NCBI RefSeq assembly: GCF_006345805.1
Contig: NC_043006.1
Coordinates: 3,968,001 to 4,032,000, forward strand
Reading direction: 5' to 3'
Source of the DNA: Octopus sinensis
Lineage: Eukaryota
Length of the DNA: 64,000 nucleotides
In this document: positions 38,214 to 50,884 of the stretch, in pieces
Numbering within the stretch: position 1 is the stretch's first letter
Layout: each line of letters starts with the position of its first letter
Position numbers and translations under genes: made by a program
The notes under the pieces: model-generated
Database searches by the model: none
Seen by the model: the letters and a program-made list of their open reading frames with translations, nothing else
Told to the model about the DNA's origin: nothing

Positions 38214-39010
38214 CTTAGCTCCGGCGTTTGAAACTCTGACTGCTATCATTACAACTTACTGATGGTCCTATACTATACATATATAAATTCCTCTGTTTAC
38301 CGGATATCGAGGTCTCATTCTTTTGTTGTCATCTTATTATTGTTATTAATATATATATTTACGACAGGCTTCATTCCGTTTCCGTCTACCAAATCTACTC
38401 ACAAGGCTTTGGTCGGTCCGAGGCTACAGCAGAAAATACTTGCCCAAAGTGCCACGCAGTGGAACTGAACCCAGAACCATGTGGACACCAAGCAAGATTC
38501 TTACAACACATCCACGCCTGCGCCTAGATCGACTATCTTCTATTTTACCAACTCCAGAAATATGGAGAAATCGAACTGCGCATAATTTAAACTTGGTACG
38601 TTAAGTGTGGAAGGTAGCAAAAAGTGTAATTCATTTTGCTTGGCGCTCTATCGATTCTTTCAATATACAGACATTTAAGCTTAAAATGTATAGAGATATA
38701 TGTAAACATGTGCAATAGCAATAACTACAGAGTCAGAAAGACATTTTGCCTTTCGGTCAATATATGGAAAAAAATGTGTAAGAAATCCAATTAGCAAACG
38801 CATCCTCGCTACATAACCATAGATATTGGATTTTCGAAGATTTTGAATACGTAGCTTCGGGTATCTATCAAAAGGACGAGTGTATTAATGAGAGATGTAT
38901 GTATAAGAACTTGATAAGTGCCATGAACGAAACTATCAGCACTAGAGTCACTTTGAAACTTTTGCTGGTTAAAAATTTTGTGAGTGTGTGAGTATTGTGT
39001 ATATATATAT

Positions 39011-39058
<48 letters not shown>

Positions 39059-39139
39059 AAGTATATCTATTCTATTCTTTTCTTTTATTCTTTTACTATA
39101 TGCATATATATACACACACACACACACGCACACACACGC

Positions 39140-39204
<65 letters not shown>

Positions 39205-39207
<3 letters not shown>

Positions 39208-39715
39208 TGTAACTGAGGGTGCTGAAGCATCTATATCGCAAGAAATAAGAGTTAAAAGTTCTTATACCTTGAAGAAGCACGCAACATACATACACTGACA
39301 GGGAAGATAACCGTCTCGTGAGCACCTCTAGGATCACTAGATCAGACTCCTTTCACCTACAAGTTGTATGTTCACCAGTAGGGACTACTCAAGATATTTT
39401 CCTTTATAAAATTATATTGCGCCTCACTGTTTATATTAATTTTTAATATACGCATTAGCATTTCAGGAAATCAGTCATAATTTTTTATGATAAAAATATA
39501 TATAATGACAGTCGAACCATCAAACGTTTGAGTAGTCACAACTGACGAGCCTACAAGTGATAGGCGAAACTAGTCTAGTCTAGTGATCCTAGAGACGCTC
39601 ATAGGGTGGTTATTTCGCCTCTCAGTGTATATATATTGCTCGCTTCTTACAGCATTAAGAGTTTTCACTCTTATTTCTTGCAACATAGGTGCTTCGGCAC
39701 CTTCAGTCACGATTA
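39205..39715. mobile_element. Pair of diverged ~185-bp repeats in divergent orientation (39205-39390 minus, 39530-39715 plus), resembling Penelope-like pseudo-LTRs
   Basis: Both read GAGTAGTC.C.A CTG..GA ... GAAA ... TAGTGATCCTAGAG..GCTCA...GGTTAT...TCAGTGTAT...CTCTTATTTCTTGC.A.ATAG.TGCTTC.GCACC.TCAGT. The Penelope assignment is inferred from the hammerhead at the 5' end. Confidence 0.6.
39535..39587 (+). ncRNA. Type I hammerhead ribozyme, canonical core
   Basis: GTCACAA-CTGACGA-GCCTA-CAAGTGA-TAGGC-GAAA-CTA-GTC-TAG-T-C-TAGTGAT: stem I 6 of 7 paired, 5-bp stem II, 4-bp stem III, GUC cleavage triplet ending at 39580. Confidence 0.8.
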
Positions 39716-39783
39716 GTGACAATGAAATATTTCCTTTATGGCAGTATACTGTGTCTAGTTGTTAATAGATATATATATATATA

Positions 39784-40005
39784 CTAACAGCTAAGCCCGG
39801 TTTCACCCGGTCGGCTTGGATGATGTGGATGTGTAAGCATTCGACTTGTTTGGGCAAGCTTACGTTAAAAACAATTTTAGAATGACTTTTTTCTGTCAAA
39901 AAGCTAAAAACTGACCCCAAAAAAAAACAACCAAGATTCAACCAAATCAAAAAATAAACCCAAATACTAAGCGAACAAAGATGAACCATCCCACTTCCAT
40001 TCGCG

Positions 40006-40037
<32 letters not shown>

Positions 40038-40219
40038 TTCACATACCACCCTTTTACATACGCCCATATATACACAGATTTGAAACGCTGTTTGATTTAT
40101 TTTTTCAGCGTACAATTTTCATCATCCCACTACCAAGTATGACATCACCTCTTCCTTCCTTATTCACCTATCACCCATTCCTTTCTCATTCATAAACACA
40201 AGAGTATTATTATAGTAGA
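39784..40219 (-). mobile_element. Non-autonomous Helitron
   Basis: Minus strand begins A|TCTACTATAATAATA; ends with hairpin-like CCGGGTGAAACCGGG then TTAG (one change from CTAG). Confidence 0.65.
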
Positions 40220-40410
40220 TTATCTCGGTAACCATGGGAACTATAAAAACATACAAAGCCTAGCATCATCGGATCATTGAACAAATCTGCGTAATTTTTC
40301 GTGCAATTCCACGCAGCCGTGGAATATGACAGGCGAAATAACCACCCGGCCGTTTGACCATGAATCTCAAGACAAGAATGAATCGCGCCCATGTCAAATT
40401 TATATGTGTG

Positions 40411-40456
<46 letters not shown>

Positions 40457-41549
40457 TTATCTTTTACTTGTTTAAGTCATTAGATTGCGGCCATGCGTGC
40501 TCTCTATCTGAACTTGAAGGTTGTTCTACGCTGAGAGGATTTCTGGTGGTGTACAAAAGCACCGGGTTCTGGATTCAGTCCCACTGCGTGGCACCTTGGA
40601 CAATTTATATCTATATATCTTTATATATATATTTATATGTATATATATGTCTTTGTGTCTGTGTTTGTCCTCACCACCTCATCACCGTTTGAAAACTGGT
40701 GCTGGTGTGCTTGCGTCCCCAAAAATCTAGCAGTTCGGCAATACAGACCGACAAAATAAGTACTAGGCTTAAAAGAAACTAAGTCCTGAGATCGATTTGC
40801 TCGACTAAAACCCTTCAAGGCGGTCCTTCATCCTGGCCACAGTCAAATGACTGAAATAAGTAAAAGAATAAATTAAAAGAATACAAGTTGAAGCGAACGC
40901 CCCTCTCTAGATGAAATTTTGCATTGGAGCACGACTGTGATTTTCAAGAGGAAAGGCTTAAACTGCGAAACAATTCCTGATACTTTCTCTATTATTTTAT
41001 ACTAATAAACCGTGTAAGACTTTGCTTTTGTTACATTTGTTCAAATCACCAAAGAATCCCTCTCACCACATTGCTCTCGTGCTTCCACTCTAATTCAGCT
41101 CATGATCAGAGATGCTTATATTGTCAGTCAATAAGGGACATGTGCAAGTAGTGAAAGTCAAGCAACTGACAAGCAAATCTGTGATATTGAGCTGAATATT
41201 TCCTATAATGATATTTATGCTTCAGTAACTCTGTGCTAAATTTGTCTGGAATGTAATGGAAAATGGGCCAGTTCCAAAACATTGATGTCCAAGTCAGAAA
41301 AGCAAAGTTTGAAGGGAATAGTAGTGATTTCCTTTGATTTCTCAATAGAAGCAAATAGGAAATAACTCTGACCAAAGACAAAAATAATTAAAATTTTGTT
41401 ACACAGTGTAATAGATACTGGAGAAATTTACTATTTTATTTCACGTACTGTGTTCGCATGCCGGACAAACAGTTAACAGCATTTTCTCCTTTTATATTCC
41501 GGATTCAAACTCGTGATATGAGTTACTTGGTAGTATTGACAAAACTAAA

Positions 41550-41780
41550 GGCGGTGAGCTGGCAGAAACGTTAGCACGCCGGGCGAAATGCGTAGCCGTA
41601 TTTCGCCTGCCGTTACGTTCTGAGTTCAAATTCCGCCGAGGTCGACTTTGCCTTTCATCCTTTCGGGGTCGATTAAATAAGTACCAGTTACGCACTGGGG
41701 TCGATATAATCGACTTAATCCTTTTGTCTGTCCTTGTTTGTCCTCTCTGTATGTAGCCGCTTGTGGACAATAAAAAAATA
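41550..41780 (+). mobile_element. tRNA-derived SINE family A, reference-quality copy
   Basis: A-box-like TGGCAGAAACGTTAG, B-box GAGTTCAAATTCC, body CTTTCATCCTTTCGGGGTCGAT, A-rich end. At least 25 related copies occur in the window. Confidence 0.92.
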
Positions 41781-42834
41781 TATATATATACATAGAGAGA
41801 GACAGACAGACAGAAAGAGACAGAGAGATGGAGAGAGGGATATATACACATGTGCGTGACCATTTCGATGCAATTCAAATGAAGCTGGTAGGTTGTTGAT
41901 GCTTATTACTACTGTCGTGTGTGTGTGTGTGTGTGTGCTTATTGTTCATCTGGATTTAGAGCTGCAGAGTGGGTTTGAACCCTTTACTACTCGATCACAA
42001 ACAAAAAGAACATTGACAAAGACTACAGCACAACAAATTTAAATGGTTGCTTATTCCAGATTTTTAGATTCGAGGTTTTTTTTATTTGTGGCTGTCTTTA
42101 TGAAAATCGTGGAAAAGTGAAGCAGTGTATTTGAGGTGGAATCCATCCCAGTTCTCCTTTTCCTAAAGCTGTTTTGATCGTAAGTGAAATGAGACAATTT
42201 GGACAGAAATTCGACATAGATTCTGCGCCACACGCGAGTGTCGTCTATTGATGTTCCAAAACGTCAAATAAATCTATTGTTATTGAAATGATCGCCAGTG
42301 GGAAGTGACAATTGTTTAAACCAGACATGAGCAAAATGCGGCGTGCGAAACTGTCTAAATGATACGCCCAACGATAAAATTACCTCAACTTTTTTTAATA
42401 GTGCAGCCCACCTGGTGATGAGCTACGTCTGATGCGGTACGCTTCCTGAGAATGGTTGTCCATGCTTGGGTTTTGGTGGTAGTGCTGCTAATGCTGCTAC
42501 TGATACTGGTGGTGCTGCTGCTTCTTCTTCTCTTCTTCTTCTTCTTCTTCTTCTTCTTCTTCTTCTTCTTCTTCACGCCATTAGCCACAAAGAATAATCT
42601 CTAATTCGAGCCTACTCTAAGCTACTAAGAACGCGTGTGCCAACTTGAAGATCCACCCACCACACGTGATAGACTGGCAGTTGCTCGGGTGCGAAAGCTA
42701 CGTTGTTATCCTCATTCGTTAAACGGTGGCTTTTAACGGGTGGAGAGCTGAACCATCCTGGGGTACAGAGGATTCGCAATCTAGACTAGGGTCTGAAAGT
42801 TTACCTCACCGTAGTGGGTTACACCATGGTTCCT

Positions 42835-43041
42835 CTGCTTTGTGGAAGAAGTAGGAAGAAAGAGTGAGAGAAAGTTGTGGTGAAAGAGTACAGCGGGGTT
42901 CACCACCCCTCCCCACCGGAGCCTCGTGGAGCTTAGGTGCTTTTGCTCAATAAACACTCACAATGTCCGGTCTGGGAATCGAAACCACATTCTTACGACC
43001 GCGAGTCCGCTGCTCCAACCACTGGGCCATTGCGCCTCCAC
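42835..43041 (-). mobile_element. tRNA-derived SINE (fourth family) 5' portion
   Basis: Minus strand GTGGAGGCGCAATGGCCCAGTGGTTGG (A box) ... GGTTTCGATTCCC (B box). Confidence 0.7.
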
Positions 43042-45756
43042 GGTGCTGCTACTGTTGCTGTTACTGGCGGCAGTAATGATCCTGGCGAAATTAGTGACAG
43101 AGGGATAACACCGTTGGTGATGGAATTTTGTTGTTCGGGCACACTGGAATCTCTTGAGCAAGGTGGACTTGGTCAGATAACGATAATTACTTTCCGCTAC
43201 ACCAGACATTCGGGACGTTTATCTCAGCACATTCTCTAGAACCATTACGGCCATTAATATTGTCGACATTGTAGTAATCTCGAAGTGTACATGTCGTTTC
43301 TAATTAGTTTGGTCGGAATGGAGAAGGAGAGTGTTTTACGATTCTGGTTTTCTGAGTGTTGCATTTCGCTTTCGTTGTAAAGGCAATCTACTGCAATGGT
43401 CCGTTTGCAACCTATGTGAAGTGCGCCATATTGCATATTCGTAGACTGTTGCGGTGTATTTGGAGAGACTGGAGCGGGGCAGGCAGCGTGGATGTTATTC
43501 AAAATAGGTCTACACTATTGTTTGTACACCATTGTTGATATTAACCAAATGTGATGGATATGATTGCTCTATGTTATAGCTTTCATTTTCAACGTCACTT
43601 TATTTTTCACTAGCACTGACCCAGTAATTGAGACCGTGGTTAACCTGAGCAATTGGAGATGTATCAAGCAATGAATCGTTCCTATAATTTTCTTCAAATG
43701 GCAATCATTTTCTTTTAATGATTTAACAATTTGCTGACTTTCCGAAAAGCATTTCCACTGCACAGTGTCTCTAGGCTTTCAATGACTTCCCGATTGAAGA
43801 AGGCGATAGGTCACGACTGACTGGCCATTCATCCTTCTTTGGCGATAGTAAGTTTTGGCACAGGAGGTAAAAAGACACGCAGCGCGCTCACACACAAGCG
43901 CGCTCGCAAAAATATACATATAGTAGAGTGAAAGAGAGGGAGGGAAGGAGAGAGATAGAGACATTACAATATATTCATTGAACACGATTAGCATAAACAC
44001 CTCCCTTCTCTTTGTACACTTAAAGAGAAATGTTCACACAAACACACAGAGAGGCCGGGAGAGAATGAGAGAATCATGAAAACGAAAAGAAACATTCAAA
44101 CGTCGAATGCTAAATAAGTCAGCGTCGAATTAACGACGCAAAATAAGCGGCACCGAAACGGTTGTAGAGTCTCGTACCCAAATCCCGAATCAATCACGTT
44201 TCATTGAAACCAGATCATTGTGTATTGTATCATTTTGTTCTCAGAGTTGCTGGGAAAGACCACTCCTTAATGTCTTTGCTCAGTCGACAATTAACAGAAA
44301 TCGGTTCTGTTCCAGACGTAGGTGCTAAAATATCCTGCTGGGTCTCAATTATATACGGTATATCATGATAATACAACGCATTTCCTTTTGAATTCACAAG
44401 ATGGCGGTTACTTGTCCATACTTGTTGCAGTCCTTGTTGCTTGCGTTTAAATCATGTCCCATCATTATGAGACCGGAATGATGGAATTTGACGCGGTTCA
44501 TTGGACGCTGACTGCTTGGTACGGCTGACTGGACATTCAGCTTGTTTTGGTGACAAACACAGACACGTGCACGTGCGCATACACGCAGAAATATACGCAT
44601 TCTGGGAGATAGAGAAAGAGAGGGGGGGATTACGATTCGTTAACTGAACACAATTGACATAAATACTTTGACTTTCTTGATACATATAAGGAAAAATATC
44701 CTCACACACACGAAAAGAAAGAAAGAAAAGAAGAAAAGAATAAGAAAAAAGAAAGAAAAGAAGAAAGAAAGAAAGAAAGAAATGGAAGGAAAGCGGGGAG
44801 AGAACGAGAGAAATATTAAAACGTCTGATATGAAATAAGCCAGCGTCGACTCAGCGCCGTCTGTTTGGCGGCGCAAAACGGCAATGCCAAAATATCTCAT
44901 AACCATAAGAGACACAATGTATTTGATTATACTATTCATTGATGTCGATATTATTAAGTGGAACCACTGGTGAAGACTGGTTCCACCACCCTCAGCAAAT
45001 CCAGCATCTGTTTTCTTCTTCAAGAATTATGTTCTTTGTTGAGTTTTAGCCGGATCAGAAGTGATATGATTTTTCTTTATCTTTCTTCTTATATCTATGT
45101 TCATTTGGATTCGACCATTCTATGTCGAGAAATGAAACAAAAAGAATAACAATCCAGTAATCAAATTTTATCCGTCTATTGATATTTTTATTACAAGATA
45201 AGTATGAAAGAAATTTATCTGCTATCGATCAAAGTCCATTATTATTTGTTCATAGAAAAATATTGATCAGAAAAGAATTTGGTTACACTCCAATAAATAA
45301 ATTAATTAAACAACTTAGAGAATAAAAAAATTTTAAGATCGATAATCTCTAAATTTATGTCATGATTAATTATCGTTTACAATTGGTTACAATGTTAACA
45401 ATTAATATCTACAAATCTAGATATCAAATTTATTGATTTTAATGATTGTTATAAAAAATATTAGAGCAAGGAGCAAACCATTAAGTTTTTGACTTGTGTT
45501 TAGTCAAATCACTTTATATTCGGCAAATTTTAAGGGCGGATAAAAGTCGATTGCATCAACCCCAGTGTTCAACTGGTATTTATTTTATTCACTCCAGCAG
45601 ATGAACGGCAAAATCAACATCGACAGAATTTGAGCTCAGAATGTAAAGATCCTGTCTGTCTGAAATAAAATGCCAAAAAGATTTCAAGATATATTTTTGA
45701 AGAAAGGAAGTTTAGAATGATATTACCCTGTGCAACTGAACTGTTTGTACTGTTTT

Positions 45757-46290
45757 CTCCTCTAGGCACAAGGCCCGAAATTTTAGGGGACGGAGCCAGT
45801 CGATTACATCGACCCCAGTACGCAGCTTGGTACTTAGGTTATTGACCCCGAAAGGATGAAAGGCAAAATCGACCTCGGCGGAATTTGAACTCAGAACGTA
45901 AGGACAGACGAAATACCTATTTCTTTATTACCCACAAGGGGCTAAACACAGAGAGGCCAAACAAGGACAGACAAACGGATTAAGTCGATTATATTGACCC
46001 CAGTGCGTAACTGGTACTTATTTAATCGACACCGAAAGGATGAAAGGCAAAGTCGACCTCGGCGAAATTTGAACTCAGAACGTAGCGGCAGACGAAATAC
46101 CGCTAAGCATTTCGTCCAGCATGCTAACGTTTCTGCCAGCTCGACGCCTTAAATATTCATTTCTATAATAGGCACAAGGCCCCCAATTTTTTCGGGGGGG
46201 AGGGGTGCAGTCGATTAGATCGACCCCAGTACGCAACTTTGTACTTAATTTATCGATCCCGAAAGAATGAAAGGTAAACTCGACCTCATT
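45757..46290 (-). mobile_element. Three tandem SINE family A units
   Basis: Units at ~45757-45915, 45916-46149 and ~46165-46287; the first junction is GACGAAATAC|CTATTTC. Confidence 0.85.
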
Positions 46291-47370
46291 AAAACTGGCA
46301 CTCCGTCGGTTACGACGACGGGAGTTCCAGTTGATCCAATCAAAGGAAGAGCTTGCTCGTGAGATTAACGTGCAAATGGCTGCGCACTCCACAGACACAC
46401 GTACCCTTAACGTAGTTCTGGGGGAGACTCAGCGTGACACAGAATGTGACAAGGTTGGCCCTTTGAATGAACCAAATGCCCTAACTATTAAGCCATGCGC
46501 CTTCACTTACGACAGATATAAATGCAAATACAACAAGGCTGATATAGTGTTTGGGGATGAAAGGAGTGATTATGTACCGACTGTTTTCGTTCACTTCCCA
46601 CCAGGATTGTCCGCCCAAAATACAAGGAACTTTTGTGTCACTTTTTCGTGTACGTGTATATATATGTGTGGTTTTTGTGCATGTGTTGGGGTCGATAAAT
46701 TAAGTACCAGTTGTGTACTGGGGTCGCTCTAATCGACTACCCCCCCCCCCGCTCACCGAAAAGTTCGGGCCTTGTGCCTAGAGCAGAAAAGAATATAAAT
46801 CTGTTGTAAGTTTTGATGCAAGTCTTCCACCAATAACTCTAAAGCACGTAACGCGGGTAGGACTCTATATTTAGCTCAGGGCAGTCATTCTTACAAATGG
46901 CTTTGTATATTGTTTTAGCAACAAAGTCATGCTGCGTTGGACATTCACATCCTGATGACATTTTTGAGTAGCTGTTGATCACATGTGTAATATATCACCC
47001 CAGATGTGTCACATAATCAACACTATGTATGTATGTATGCATGTATGTATGTGTATGTATGTATGTATGTATGTATGTATGTATGTATGTATGTGCGCAT
47101 GTATTTATAAATGTATTTGTATGATTGTGTGTATGCTTTTTCTTTCAGTTTCATTTAAATTCTTCTTGAGAGAGATCAAGCTGGCCGTTAACAAAGTGAC
47201 ATGACTTTTTAAGTTAAGAGAGTACCCGATGTTTGTAAATATGTGGTTGAGTTGGTGTGTTGTATGTATGTTGGTGTGTTGTATGTATGTATGTATGTAT
47301 GTATGTATGTGTGTATGTATGTATGTATGTATGTATGTATGTATGTATGTGTGTATGTGTGTATGGTTGG

Positions 47371-47450
47371 TTGTCCCGAGTATGTCGAATGTAGACGAGC
47401 TTGCATTCCCAAGTTGCCCTCACAAGTCATCTACGAAAACACACTGAAAG
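47371..47450 (+). mobile_element. Possible RTE-type C-terminal C2H2 finger remnant
   Basis: VCRM*TSLHSQVALTSHLRKHT resembles the single C-terminal finger of some RTE ORFs; short and interrupted. Confidence 0.3.
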
Positions 47451-47905
47451 GCTTAAAGTTGAAAGAAACTAGAATTTTCTCGCCGACTTGGACTCACAAG
47501 TCACATAAAATTATACAATCCATCTACTGTACAGGACGAGCACCGAATTGCAACGAATGAATATGGACGTTGCAACTGCGACAAATAATGCAAGTTATCT
47601 GCTGGCTTTAAAAAAATTCATTGTAGGTGATATGGTCACTGAAACAAACAGGAAAGAAAACAGGAATAAGATAACTTATCATACTCGTCTAACTAGTTGA
47701 CTACTGCCTAATATGAATGTAGTATGTGTGTTCCCATTCTATGAATCACTATCACTAGACTATGCAGACTTTATCTCGAACTGACATGCATCATCTCACC
47801 AGGTAAACACACAAAAGTGTCCTCGAAACGTTATCCAGATCTACATCAAAGTTTCTGTATGTGCATTTATAAATCTCTGCGTGTGTGAGATAGATAATAT
47901 ATATG

Positions 47906-48121
47906 TTTCTTTACTACCCACAAGAGGGGACAAGCAAAGACAGACAGAGGGATTAAGTCGATTACATCGACCCCAGTACGTAACTGGTACTTTATTTATC
48001 GACCCCGAAAGGATGAAAGGCAAAGTCGACCTCGGCGGAATTTGAACTCAGCATGTAACGACAGACGAAATACGGCTACGCATTTCGCCCTGCGCGCTAA
48101 CGTTTCTGCCAGCTCGCCGTC
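47906..48121 (-). mobile_element. SINE family A, near full length
   Basis: Near-colinear reverse complement of 41550-41780. Confidence 0.9.
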
Positions 48122-48181
48122 TTTATTTACATATATATATATATATTATATATATATATATACATACATACATACATACAT

Positions 48182-48227
<46 letters not shown>

Positions 48228-48250
48228 TATATATATATATCTATATATAT

Positions 48251-48282
<32 letters not shown>

Positions 48283-49042
48283 CAGAGAGAGATGGGGGAA
48301 AGGGGGGAGAGAGAAATGATTGTATAATGTGGTACTGATGTCTCTAAAAACTGCAAATATATCTGAGAGATTTTGTTGATATTCGGTTCCCAGTTATCTT
48401 TCAACGAACAGTAGACTGATTGATTGATGGTCTTCCTCGCGTTGTCCAGCCTCTTTCGTATTCATGAATATTATCATTATAACTCGGACTACAATATTTA
48501 ATGTGTCCTTCCTTTTTTAATGACGATAGTCTATGATTTGCTGGAGATTTTACTGATATTTTTATTCGAGCGAGCAAATACAAGTTTCTCTATTGATTGT
48601 TCCTATATGTTTATTATACATCCTTGTTTTTCTGCAGTATTATGTGTGTTGTTTAACCCAGCTCAGCATCGATTGAGCGTCTCAATGGTAACTATGGAGG
48701 GTCATTCTTATCTCAAGTGCAAATGAGGCTACATTATACTACGTGTCCTTCCGTATTTTTAGACAGTACAGTGTGATTTGAGGTATATTTAGATGTTATT
48801 TCTAGTAAATAGTCGACCACGTAAAGGCAGACAAGTTAGCGACGTGTGATCAGATGTTTCAATAAGGCGGACGTCACGACAACAGTCGTCTGTTCCTTAA
48901 AAATTACCGCGAACTTCTGAAATTGCCTATCAAGGGAACTGTAAGAGAGTGATGAGAAACCTTCTCGTAGTCAAACACTTATTAAACAAAGGGTATTATG
49001 CAGTAATATTTACTGCAGAATACTCATTGTAATACTACTGAA

Positions 49043-49368
49043 TATTGCTGTGAGATTTGCATGCAAACATTCTCTCCGAAAACAGCAAGACATTAACACA
49101 AACAGAAAGATATAAAAGCGAACGAGTAAAGAGAGAAACTTATATCTGCAAAAAAAGAAAAAGAAAAAGAAAAAGGTGTGGAAAATATTTAATCGACAAA
49201 GAAAGTATAAAGAAAGCACAAAAGAATATGTAGTGGAGCAAAACCGTTTTGCTGTGAAGTATGTGAGAAATATTTCGGTAAGTATTCAAAACTGGTTATT
49301 TATAAATGAATTAGTATTAGAGAAACACCCTGATATTGTGGACGATGTGGGAAAAACCTTTGTCGCTG
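49043..49368 (+). pseudogene. Decayed tandem C2H2 zinc-finger array fragment
   Basis: YCCEICMQTFSPKTARH*HKQ (49043), YICK..CGKYL, then HKRICSGAKPFCCEVCEKYFGKYSKLVIYK*ISIRETP*YCGRCGKNL (49217-49368): HKRIHTGEKP-type linkers with CxxC spacing, plus stops and frameshifts. Confidence 0.65.
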
Positions 49369-50182
49369 ATTTTAACAACGCAGAAGAGAAAGTAAAAATA
49401 GTACTCAATGGGGAAATTCAATCCACACTTCACTTTTCGTGATCGTTATTTACGGTTAATTATTTCTTGTTACAAACACACACACAGACACACGCGCGCG
49501 CGCACTCATATATACTATATATATACTTTATATATGTGTGTGTATCCTTTTATCCTTTATTTGTTTCAGTCATAGACTGCAGCCATACTGGTGCACCGTC
49601 TTGAGGGATTTTAGTTGAACGATTAAGTTATTAGGAGGTAAACACACCAACACCGGTTCTCAAGTTGTGATGGGGACAAACAGGGACACTTACACACACA
49701 CACTTGTGTGTGTGTGCGCGCTCGCGGTCGTGTGTGTATATATACACACGACGAACTTCTTTCAGTTTCCGTCTACCAAATCCACTCACAAGGCTTTGGT
49801 CAGCCTGGGGCTATAGTAGAAAACACTTGCCCGATTCTTTTTTTGGGACAATGAAACTCGAAGCAGATGAAGCTGTAAATGATAGCGTGTTCATTTTAGG
49901 TTTAAAAAACCTTTGGAGGGAGATGGAAAGTTGCTCGTGGGACTGGAACCCGCATCTACTGTAAACATAACTGATGTTCTACCATTAGAACAAAGCAATC
50001 TTCCTTCGAATATCTCTATCCAATTTACAAACTGTATTCATACGAGCGAGAATAGTGTGCTTTTATGTTCATAGAATCCAGAGACTTCGAGAAAACGTGA
50101 AATAATTCTTTTTTGGAACACTGGAACTCGAAGCTATACATAATTGAGTGGTGAATATTGGGTTAAAAAATGTCATTTGGAT

Positions 50183-50246
<64 letters not shown>

Positions 50247-50276
50247 AGGTTTGGAGATAGATGATGTACAGGTATT

Positions 50277-50543
50277 ATATATTAGAAAAATGAGGTAATC
50301 AGATCGGATGGTTCATATTTATAGTTATTTATTTATATATTACATTTTTTACATATATATCATATCATTCAGATCATATCATTCGGATTAGCGCTCTCCA
50401 ATCGAGTGGGCTTTTCAAAAGTGGGAGAAAGCGCTAATCCGAATGATATGATCTGAATGATATGATATATATGTAAAAAATGTAATATATAAATAAATAT
50501 CTATAAATATGAACCATCCGATCTGATTACCTCATTTTTTCTA

Positions 50544-50548
<5 letters not shown>
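50277..50548. repeat. Fold-back palindrome (~120-bp arms, ~25-nt spacer) in (TA)n
   Basis: ATTAGAAAAATGAGGTAATCAGATCGGATGGTTCATATTTATAG...CATTCGGATTAGCGCT matches the reverse complement of 50430-50548 with very few differences. Confidence 0.92.
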
Positions 50549-50617
<69 letters not shown>

Positions 50618-50826
50618 ATATATATATATAAATACAAAAATGGGACAAGAACGCAAAACATCCAGACAGTTAGGTGTGAAACAAGAAAAGGAAAACAAAA
50701 TATCCAGACAGACGATACAAGGAAAACAGGACGGATCATTCGGAGTTTTCTACCCTCAGCCGGGTTCCAGATTATCTTGGATGTATGTATGCATGTACGT
50801 ATGTATGTTCAGTGTCGACTAAAAGA

Positions 50827-50881
<55 letters not shown>

Positions 50882-50884
<3 letters not shown>

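Noticed and set aside
45160-45480. Very AT-rich segment considered as a NUMT
   Set aside because: No recognisable mitochondrial gene or rRNA motif.
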